Source: Candidatus Heimdallarchaeota archaeon
GTDB taxonomy: Archaea; Asgardarchaeota; Heimdallarchaeia; Hodarchaeales; Hodarchaeaceae
NCBI GenBank assembly: GCA_020353515.1
Contig: CP070695.1
Span: 235,644 to 246,357, forward strand
Direction of reading: 5' to 3'
DNA length: 10,714 nt
Below the pieces are notes generated by a model, which was not told where the DNA came from, did not search any database, and saw nothing but the letters and a program-made list of their open reading frames with translations. Position 1 is the stretch's first letter; each line of letters opens with the position of its first letter. The translations under genes and the position numbers were made by a program. Positions 1 to 6,437 of the stretch are shown here, one piece after another.

Positions 1-163
1 ATATCGCTCCTAGCGCCATTTGGGTTTCTTTCGCAGATATTTCGGCCAGATAATCTGAAGCTCCTATAATTGGTAATATAAAAACACCGCTTACTATGGC
101 TGCACCCGTGCAGCTTATGAACAAGACTCCTACAATTCTTGCGTTCGTTTTGTATGTGTTCAT
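1..163 (-). CDS. DUF4386-family membrane protein, N-terminal part (runs off the left edge)
   Basis: Hand translation from ATG at 163-161: MNTYKTNARIVGVLFISCTGAAIVSGVFILPIIGASDYLAEISAKETQMALGAI..., open to position 1. The pattern 'ARIVGVLFI...DYL..IS..E.Q..LGA' recalls DUF4386 proteins; purine-rich AAGGCGGA lies upstream. Not in the ORF track. Confidence 0.75.
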   Translation of the reverse strand, partial: MNTYKTNARIVGVLFISCTGAAIVSGVFILPIIGASDYLAEISAKETQMALGAI

Positions 164-311
164 TTTATTCCGCCTTTTTTTGATACTGTTAAGTTATTGT
201 ACTGAAATTGCTTTACTTCAGTAATAATTGTTCATTGAAAAATATTTGTATTAATTCACATCAGCTTTTATATAAAAATTGATTATAGCGTTGGTTAAGC
301 GACAATGAGAT

Positions 312-332
312 CCTAAATCTGAGAGATTTTAG
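312..332. terminator. Perfect 9-bp inverted repeat (CCTAAATCT-gag-AGATTTAGG); terminator hairpin or operator
   Basis: Seen directly. It starts 2 nt after the stop of ORF 334-729 (-) and lies upstream of the DUF4386 gene promoter region. Confidence 0.5.
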
Positions 333-333
333 G

Positions 334-729
334 CTACATGGCTGTAGGAATAATTTCTCCATCATCATTGTAATTGATGTATCCTTCTACCCATAGCTCC
401 CAACAGACTGTATGTAGCTGCTGTTGAAAGAACTCCTGGTCTACATATGGAAAAAGGTTACTTTGAATGTAGTCCACCACCTCCGAGAAACCCTTAATAA
501 ACCCTACAGTGTATCCCACTAATAATCCCCACAGAATACATAATATCAATGTTTCAGAGGTGAACCACAGTTGGTCTCTGGGGATATCAGGTGGTTTGGT
601 CAAGAGTGTAAGGAATTCATCCAGCTGTTCTGGTTGGGCTAGTTGAGCCTCATGCGGGTTGGTTGCTCGTAGGATAATGTCTATCTCTCCATGTTGGTTG
701 GGTGTTGGCTCCCTTAATGTTCCCACCAC
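334..729 (-). CDS. Hypothetical protein; possible remnant of an SF2 (Ski2/Hel308- or YprA-like) helicase, motif VI to winged-helix segment
   Basis: GTG start with GAGGT upstream. The pattern MVG..R.P....GEI.II...LTKPP...L..CIL..L..G...EVVDYI...L..EGYI......I.PT loosely parallels the post-motif-VI/winged-helix region of SF2 helicases, but GRAGR is absent. Confidence 0.4.
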   Translation of the reverse strand: MVGTLREPTPNQHGEIDIILRATNPHEAQLAQPEQLDEFLTLLTKPPDIPRDQLWFTSETLILCILWGLLVGYTVGFIKGFSEVVDYIQSNLFPYVDQEFFQQQLHTVCWELWVEGYINYNDDGEIIPTAM

Positions 730-749
730 GAGCTAGCCAATAACCTCTT

Positions 750-1355
750 TTAATTCGTATAGTGAAAATGACTTGCTCCAATGAAGTGAGCAATTCTTAG
801 AGCTTCAGGAATAGTACCAATTGCCGTGCATTTCTTGATAAGTAGATAGGCGTCCTGTGGATGAATTCCTGCTATTTGGAGAAAAAGAAGAGGATCATCT
901 TGAACTTTTAATGGTTCTCCAGCAAAACCAATATTCCGCCACCTCTCCTGATCACTAGGAAAAGCCGTTTCTAAAGCAGATTTAATTTTAGGATAATCAG
1001 GATATTTTCGAAGGACTACAACAACAGGAATTCCGGTATTTTCATACAAAGAAGCAATATTAAGAACCCCAAATCCTGCAATTGTGATCCCCTGAAATAA
1101 TATTGCTTTTAATTGATTTTTGTGAGGTGACTCTATGATCATATGACTAATAATATTGGTGGCTTGAGGGTCGTCCTTTTTGAGATAACATTGAATAATA
1201 CCATCAACGTAAGCTGCTCCCTTCATTATGACACCAAAAACTGGAATATTAATATCTTCTTTAGAAAAACGGTCAAATCCTCCATCATCAATTCCAATTA
1301 TAGGAGTCTTTGACTTGACAGTCCGCCATCGTTTAACTTTGTTTTCTTCATTCAT
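750..1355 (-). CDS. DUF99/UPF0215 family EndoV-fold nuclease (endonuclease dU-like)
   Basis: N-terminal IIGIDDGGF, VDG, GITIAGF, GIPVVVV..KYP and C-terminal IPEALRIAH motifs; 201 aa is a typical DUF99 length. Confidence 0.9.
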   Translation of the reverse strand: MNEENKVKRWRTVKSKTPIIGIDDGGFDRFSKEDINIPVFGVIMKGAAYVDGIIQCYLKKDDPQATNIISHMIIESPHKNQLKAILFQGITIAGFGVLNIASLYENTGIPVVVVLRKYPDYPKIKSALETAFPSDQERWRNIGFAGEPLKVQDDPLLFLQIAGIHPQDAYLLIKKCTAIGTIPEALRIAHFIGASHFHYTN

Positions 1356-1453
1356 TAGGACGCACGGGGTACGATTGCTTTAACCTGTCTAAATAAAATT
1401 AGGTTTTAAAAGATTTTACTAAAATAACATTGTTTTGAGATTAGAAGAACTGG

Positions 1454-1483
1454 ATTACTTTTATAAGAGTAATTGGATCCAAT
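1454..1483 (+). promoter_or_regulatory. TATA box (TTTATAA, 1460-1466) inside a palindrome, followed by a second palindrome
   Basis: ATTACT-t-TTATAA-g-AGTAAT (1454-1473) and perfect 12-bp ATTGGATCCAAT (1472-1483), directly upstream of ORF 1504. Confidence 0.45.
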
Positions 1484-1503
1484 CATCATGACGAGGCCTG
1501 CAA

Positions 1504-1779
1504 ATGATCACTATATTTGACCGCTATCATGCAGAGGAAGGCACTCTAGAACATGAGCGGAAGCGGGAGCACGCATTTGGCCCCATAGCTGAAATGATTG
1601 AGGTTAAGTCGTGGAATCTTGAGGGATTCCATCAGAAGATTATTACTGCGTTTAAGTTTGAGGGGACTAATTATACCACTACTTTCGTTGAATTTCAGAT
1701 TGATGGGATGGGAGCCATCATAAAAGAGGTCACAGCGAGACTAGATCCTAAGGAACATGCAAACTATCGTGCTGATTAG
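1504..1779 (+). CDS. Hypothetical 91-aa protein (orphan or gene fragment)
   Basis: ATG with GAGG 7 nt upstream and a TATA-like box about 40 nt upstream. Composition is protein-like; no family recognised. Confidence 0.5.
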   Translation: MITIFDRYHAEEGTLEHERKREHAFGPIAEMIEVKSWNLEGFHQKIITAFKFEGTNYTTTFVEFQIDGMGAIIKEVTARLDPKEHANYRAD

Positions 1780-1865
1780 AGAGCCCATGGTTACCGAGCA
1801 GCGTGGCCCACTGTTATGTACTGGCCTGTTTTCTATTTCTAGGACTTAAGACTTGCCCCCTTTAT

Positions 1866-1887
1866 GAGAGAAGGCTTCTAACCTCTC
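1866..1887. terminator. Short hairpin between the convergent ORF 1504-1779 and the RHH gene
   Basis: GAGAG (1866-1870) pairs with CTCTC (1883-1887), about 8 nt past the RHH stop codon. Confidence 0.3.
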
Positions 1888-1894
1888 TAATTAT

Positions 1895-2071
1895 TTAAAT
1901 TCCGCCAGGAATTAATGCACTGGCGCGAAGACTCCATAGTTCGTCTTTCAGCATGTCACGGATGGCAAATCGAATTGCTTCACTGCGATTGGGATACCTT
2001 CCACTGCGTACTAACTCATCAAGTCCTAATACTTGATCATTTGGGAGATGCACCGTAATAAGTTTCATCAT
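1895..2071 (-). CDS. Ribbon-helix-helix (CopG/MetJ/Arc; CdrS-like) transcriptional regulator, 58 aa
   Basis: Hand translation: MMKLITVHLPNDQVLGLDELVRSGRYPNRSEAIRFAIRDMLKDELWSLRASALIPGGI*. It has the beta-strand ITVHLP and the G.YPNRSEAIR.AIRDML signature. SD-like GAGGT lies upstream (acctc at 2084-2088 on +). Alternative start at 2068. Not in the ORF track. Confidence 0.92.
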   Translation of the reverse strand: MMKLITVHLPNDQVLGLDELVRSGRYPNRSEAIRFAIRDMLKDELWSLRASALIPGGI

Positions 2072-2089
2072 TTTGAATTATCAACCTCT

Positions 2090-2207
2090 TTTCGTTGGTT
2101 AACGAAATTGATATTATGATCGGTTTAAAACAAACATAATACAAGCATATTACATGGTACTATTGGCATATTACGAGGTCTGAAGATCTGATTCTCAATA
2201 TTGAATC
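2090..2207. promoter_or_regulatory. Divergent promoter/operator region: inverted repeat, TATA box, phased CATnnTAC repeats, palindrome
   Basis: TTTCGTT-ggtt-AACGAAA (2090-2107); TTTAAAA (2124-2130); CATAATAC 2135-2142, GCATATTAC 2145-2153, CATGGTAC 2153-2160, GCATATTAC 2166-2174; palindrome TCAATATTGA 2195-2204. Confidence 0.55.
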
Positions 2208-2280
2208 CGACATTTTTGCGTACTACTACGGAGCTAATCAAATTTTTAATTAGTCTAGATCATTCTCCCTTCTGCACTTT

Positions 2281-2412
2281 GAGGAGTAAAAATGGTTTGA
2301 GCTATTGGTTTCATTACCAGCTCAATCAATATTAGGACATTAGCATTTTTTCGGGTTCTTAAATGATATTTCCTAATCCATTGGTGAGAAGACATTCTAG
2401 TTTGGACTCCTC
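2281..2412 (+). ncRNA. Candidate structured RNA (5' leader of nrdJ or stand-alone ncRNA); strand uncertain
   Basis: Nested Watson-Crick helices found by eye: GAGGAGT 2281-2287/ACTCCTC 2406-2412; AATGG 2291-2295/CCATT 2378-2382; TTGAGCT 2297-2303/AGCTCAA 2319-2325; ATTAGGA 2331-2337/TCCTAAT 2371-2377; CATTT 2344-2348/AAATG 2361-2365; AGAA 2387-2390/TTCT 2395-2398. Confidence 0.5.
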
Positions 2413-2470
2413 TTGTTTGCTAGATTCATTCATACTAGATAAAACTCCAGTAACCTAAGCCAATTGTATT

Positions 2471-5400
2471 GTGGATAAAGGGATCCATACCATGACTCTC
2501 ATCTCGGAAAAACCAGAGAAGTCTATGAGAACAAAGCTGCCACATCTTACGCCCAACGCAAAAATTGTACTTGAAAAACGATATTTAAGGCAAAATGAAC
2601 GCGGAGAGGTTATTGAAACTCCTGATCAGCTATTTAAGCGAGTAGCTAAGGCTATTGCTGCAAACGAAGCGCGGTATGGGGGAGATCCAATTCTCTTTGA
2701 AGAAAAATTCCATGATATAATGGTCAATCTTGAATTTCTTCCAAATTCGCCCTGTTTAATGAATGCGGGGACGGAACTCAACCAACTTTCGGCCTGTTTT
2801 GTCTTACCAGTCCATGATGATATGAACTCTATTTTCCTGGCTATTAAAAATGCAGCAATAATACATAAATCAGGTGGAGGCACTGGTTTTACATTTTCAC
2901 ATCTTCGACCTACTAATGATAAAGTTCAAACTACTGGTGGTGTAGCCAGTGGTCCAATTAGTTTCATGACTGTCTTTAACTCCGCTACAGAGATCATTAA
3001 ACAAGGTGGACGTCGTCGAGGAGCGAATATGGGGATATTGAGAGTTGATCATCCTGATATTATGGATTTCATTCATTGTAAAGAAGAATTAAGCACTTTA
3101 AACAATTTTAACATCTCCGTGGGACTCACTGAGACATTTATGGAAGCAGTAATTCATGATAACGAGTTTCCTCTCATTAATCCCCGTAATTCTCAAGTGG
3201 TAACTAGACTTAAGGCCCGCTTGGTTTTTGATGAAATTGTCAAACAAGCTCATTCCAACGGAGAACCAGGTATAATTTTCTTGGATAGAATTAATGCTTC
3301 TAATCCGACCCCTATAGTGGGTGAAATAGAAGCAACAAACCCTTGTGGAGAACAACCACTGCTAGCGTACGAATCGTGTAATTTAGGGTCTATAAATCTA
3401 AGTAAGATGGTAAAAAGCGACTCTTTTAATCCTTTGAAATTTCATGTTGATTATAATCGTCTTGAACGGGTTGTTACCCTTGCTGTTCGTTTTTTGGACA
3501 ATGTGATCGATGTTTCCACTTTTCCTCTACCTGAAATCGAGCGTATGACAAAAGCTAACCGAAAAATTGGATTAGGAGTCATGGGATTTGCAGATTTACT
3601 TATTAAATTAGGTATTCCTTATAATTCTGAGAAAGGGATTGAGCTCGCACAACGAATCATGAATTATATTCATACAATTGCTATTCGTGAGTCTCAAAAA
3701 CTAGCTCAAGAGCGGGGATCCTTTCCGAATTTCAAAGATAGCATTCATGCAGAAAAGTTTTCTATGATGCGAAATGCGACATTGACAACGCTTGCGCCAA
3801 CAGGTTCAATTTCAATTATTGCAAGTTGTTCTAGCGGTATTGAACCTCTATTTATGTTGACTTATGAACGACGAGTCTTGGATGATGATATTCTAGTAGA
3901 GGGATATCCATTTTTTGTGGAGACTGCAAAAAGTAAAGGAATTTATTCAGCTGAGCTAATGGAAAAAATCGCAACAACTGGTTCAATTGCAGACATGACC
4001 GAAATACCTGAAGAGATACGCCAAATATTTGTTACTGCACACGATATCTCTCCAGAGTGGCATGTTCGAATGCAAGCTGCGTTTCAGACATCAGGGGTAG
4101 ATAATGCGGTAAGTAAATGCATAGCTGGGGATACTCTATTACCAACTAATAAAGGTTTAGTTCCAGTAGCAGAATGCGGGTTTGCTAATGGTGTGGATGA
4201 ATTTGATTCTCCATTACCTGATTTAAAAGTTATTGATGGCAAAGAAGGCCAATTTAAAAAGATTATTTCTCATTATAGTGCGGGAAAACATCCTTCTGTT
4301 GAAATAACACTTAGAAATGGATCTAAAATTATTGGTGCAAAAGCTACTCATAACATTATGACTTCTAGTGGGTGGAAAACACTTTCAAAGTTAGAAAAGG
4401 GGGATCTAGTTGTTGTCAAACACAAATTTTCCCCTATTCACACCAAAGGTGGAAAAAAGATTGAATTTGATAGCGAATTTAGAACTAGTTCTAATATAAT
4501 CCAATTACCAAAGAAAATGGATGTACATTTAGCACATTGGTTAGGAATGCTAGCTGCAGACGGATCTATAGTAGAAAGAACTGGAGCAGTAGCTCTTGTT
4601 GAAAACAACAAGAAAGTGGGGGATCTTTTTGATGACCTTTCACTAGAGATTTTTAGAGAACATCCCCGACACATAAAAGATAAACGAAATAATGTGATAT
4701 CTCACGTTATTACATCAAGAACCTTAATCCGATTTGTCAAAAGTTTAATTGGAGACAAAGCACGAAATAAACGTGTTCCCAAGCAAATACTCGAAGGTAG
4801 TGCTAAAGAAAAGAAAGCATTCTTAGAAGGGGTTTCATTAGATGGTTATCTTAAAGAAAATAGAGGATTAGTTGTATATGGAGGGATGTCTAGACAATTA
4901 GCTTATCAGGTTTCAGAATTACTTAGAAGTTTTGGTCTCCCATATATATACCAAGGTCAGAGAAACCTTAGAGGACATGGTATTTATTATTTTGTCGAAA
5001 TTAGTAATGAATTGCAAGGCATAATAAGACCAATTGAAGAACACAAGAGGTCAATACCCCATTACAAGAAATATTTCGTTTTGGTTGATCCCGATGAAGT
5101 CCAAAAGAAGACCCTTCCAACTACGAACGAGTATTATAGCAATTTAAGATGGTTAAAACAATCAAAACGGGAGTATTGTTGGAATACTGTAGCGAAGTCT
5201 CTAAATCTTAGAACTATTGCTGCTGTTGAGAAAGTAACTTCCATTAAAGATATTGGAGATATTCCATTATTTGACGTTGAGGTTAATAGTTCTCATACAT
5301 ACCTTGTAAACGGTATTGTGTCCCATAATACCATTAATTTTCCTAAAGAAGCAACAGAAGCTGATATCAATGATGCATACATGTTAGCTTACAAATTAGG

Positions 5401-6037
5401 TTGTAAAGGGTTAACAGTTTACCGATCTGGCTCTCGTACTTACGATGTTTTATCAAAAAAAGGCACTAATGAAGTGAAACAAGTAGATGAGGTTCTCCCA
5501 TCGAAAAAACCTAGATATCGGCCTGATATTACTCATGGAGTAACTGAACGGATTCGGGTGGGTTGTGGAACCAATCTATTTATTACAATTAATGAAGATG
5601 AAGAGGGATTAGCTGAGTTATTTTTATCACTGGGAAAGTCTGGTGGTTGTGTCGCTTCACATATCGAATCGATGGGACGATTAATTTCACTAACACTTCG
5701 GAGTAGAATTGAACCTGATGAAATAATACTTCAGCTGAAATCCATACGATGCCCTTCTCCTACATTTGGTTCAGAAGGTCCGATTCTGTCTTGTGCTGAT
5801 GCAGTTGCTAAATCAGTAGAGCGTTTCATAAATCGATATAGTATTAATAATCATAAAAATGATGTTAGCTCTGTTAAAAAAACAGAGGAAAGCATATCTA
5901 GTTTAGACAATAATTCCATTTATCTTTCTCATACTACTTCAGGATTACGTCCAGAATGTCCTGAATGTGGAAATCTTGTAGAGCATAGTGAGGGATGCAT
6001 TCTCTGTCGAGTCTGTGGTTACTCTAAATGTGGATAA
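2471..6037 (+). CDS. nrdJ: Class II adenosylcobalamin-dependent ribonucleotide reductase, intein-containing (about 784 aa after splicing)
   Basis: FLPNSPCLMNAG, QLSACFVL, SGGGTGF, QGGRRRGANM, catalytic ATNPCGEQPL..ESCNLGSINL, RKIGLGVMG, LAPTGSISIIA, SK|TIN, KGLTVYR. C-terminal TSCPD-like domain (SCADA) and Cys-rich tail CPECG..EGCILCRVCGYSKCG. No N-terminal ATP-cone. The true start may be ATG 2492 rather than GTG 2471. Confidence 0.97.
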   Translation: MDKGIHTMTLISEKPEKSMRTKLPHLTPNAKIVLEKRYLRQNERGEVIETPDQLFKRVAKAIAANEARYGGDPILFEEKFHDIMVNLEFLPNSPCLMNAGTELNQLSACFVLPVHDDMNSIFLAIKNAAIIHKSGGGTGFTFSHLRPTNDKVQTTGGVASGPISFMTVFNSATEIIKQGGRRRGANMGILRVDHPDIMDFIHCKEELSTLNNFNISVGLTETFMEAVIHDNEFPLINPRNSQVVTRLKARLVFDEIVKQAHSNGEPGIIFLDRINASNPTPIVGEIEATNPCGEQPLLAYESCNLGSINLSKMVKSDSFNPLKFHVDYNRLERVVTLAVRFLDNVIDVSTFPLPEIERMTKANRKIGLGVMGFADLLIKLGIPYNSEKGIELAQRIMNYIHTIAIRESQKLAQERGSFPNFKDSIHAEKFSMMRNATLTTLAPTGSISIIASCSSGIEPLFMLTYERRVLDDDILVEGYPFFVETAKSKGIYSAELMEKIATTGSIADMTEIPEEIRQIFVTAHDISPEWHVRMQAAFQTSGVDNAVSKCIAGDTLLPTNKGLVPVAECGFANGVDEFDSPLPDLKVIDGKEGQFKKIISHYSAGKHPSVEITLRNGSKIIGAKATHNIMTSSGWKTLSKLEKGDLVVVKHKFSPIHTKGGKKIEFDSEFRTSSNIIQLPKKMDVHLAHWLGMLAADGSIVERTGAVALVENNKKVGDLFDDLSLEIFREHPRHIKDKRNNVISHVITSRTLIRFVKSLIGDKARNKRVPKQILEGSAKEKKAFLEGVSLDGYLKENRGLVVYGGMSRQLAYQVSELLRSFGLPYIYQGQRNLRGHGIYYFVEISNELQGIIRPIEEHKRSIPHYKKYFVLVDPDEVQKKTLPTTNEYYSNLRWLKQSKREYCWNTVAKSLNLRTIAAVEKVTSIKDIGDIPLFDVEVNSSHTYLVNGIVSHNTINFPKEATEADINDAYMLAYKLGCKGLTVYRSGSRTYDVLSKKGTNEVKQVDEVLPSKKPRYRPDITHGVTERIRVGCGTNLFITINEDEEGLAELFLSLGKSGGCVASHIESMGRLISLTLRSRIEPDEIILQLKSIRCPSPTFGSEGPILSCADAVAKSVERFINRYSINNHKNDVSSVKKTEESISSLDNNSIYLSHTTSGLRPECPECGNLVEHSEGCILCRVCGYSKCG
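4118..5329 (+). mobile_element. Intein with LAGLIDADG (DOD) homing endonuclease, 404 aa, within NrdJ
   Basis: Starts CIAGDTLL (block A), has THNIMT (block B), WLGMLAADG and FLEGVSLDG (LAGLIDADG blocks), and ends LFDVEVNSSHTYLVNGIVSHN followed by Thr. Removing it restores the conserved DNAVSK-TINFP motif. Confidence 0.96.
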
Positions 6038-6045
6038 TTATGGGC

Positions 6046-6054
6046 TTTTTCTTT
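6046..6054 (+). terminator. T-rich archaeal-type terminator candidate after nrdJ
   Basis: TTTTTCTTT run about 9 nt after the nrdJ stop codon. Confidence 0.4.
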
Positions 6055-6437
6055 GGTATTACAATGGAAATACGTTCTTAAGAGAACAGAAATTTTTGGT
6101 ATTCTATTAAAAATATTGACTTTGTCGCTTTAATAACTGAAATAGAGGGGTAATATTCATTCATCCGGAAGTTATATTAGTACACCTTTTATAATCGAAG
6201 GGTAACTATGCTAACTGAATTAGTAGAGCATGGACATACTTCTTTAAAGAACTATTTGCTCCTCATAGCTAATTTAATTATGTAAGGTCTTTAATGCGGA
6301 TGGTATATAAGATCATTACATACCTGAATACGTTGATTTCCATTAATTAGCAGATACGGATATAAAATCTCAACATTCTAGCAGTAAAGGATTCTACTCA
6401 ACGTTTCAAAAAAGAACTTCAAGGAGCTCTTAATAAG

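Noticed and set aside
2292-2366. Selenocysteine read-through of TGA 2298-2300 giving a 24-aa peptide
   Set aside because: No redox motif, no recognisable SECIS, and the peptide looks non-functional.
2281-2470. Cobalamin riboswitch, 5S rRNA, SRP, hammerhead or C/D-box identity for the upstream element
   Set aside because: No B12-box or GCCACTG/GGGAA motifs, no CTGANGA-GAAA core, no SRP helix-8 or RTGATGA/CTGA boxes. A GAACCCGAA on the - strand weakly recalls 5S loop C, but topology and GC content do not fit.
2460-2474. NrdR-box-like sequence CCAATTGTATTGTGG
   Set aside because: Only a half-match to the bacterial palindromic consensus, single copy, and archaeal context.
2626-2883. 85-aa antisense ORF
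   Set aside because: Shadow ORF fully opposite conserved nrdJ sequence; no recognisable motifs.
3098-3355. 85-aa antisense ORF
   Set aside because: Opposite the nrdJ catalytic region; composition is not protein-like.
4438-4674. 78-aa antisense ORF inside the intein
   Set aside because: Ser-rich shadow of the endonuclease coding strand; no independent support.
6208-6285. 25-codon ORF MLTELVEHGHTSLKNYLLLIANLIM
   Set aside because: Too short, weak SD, no recognisable family; expected by chance.
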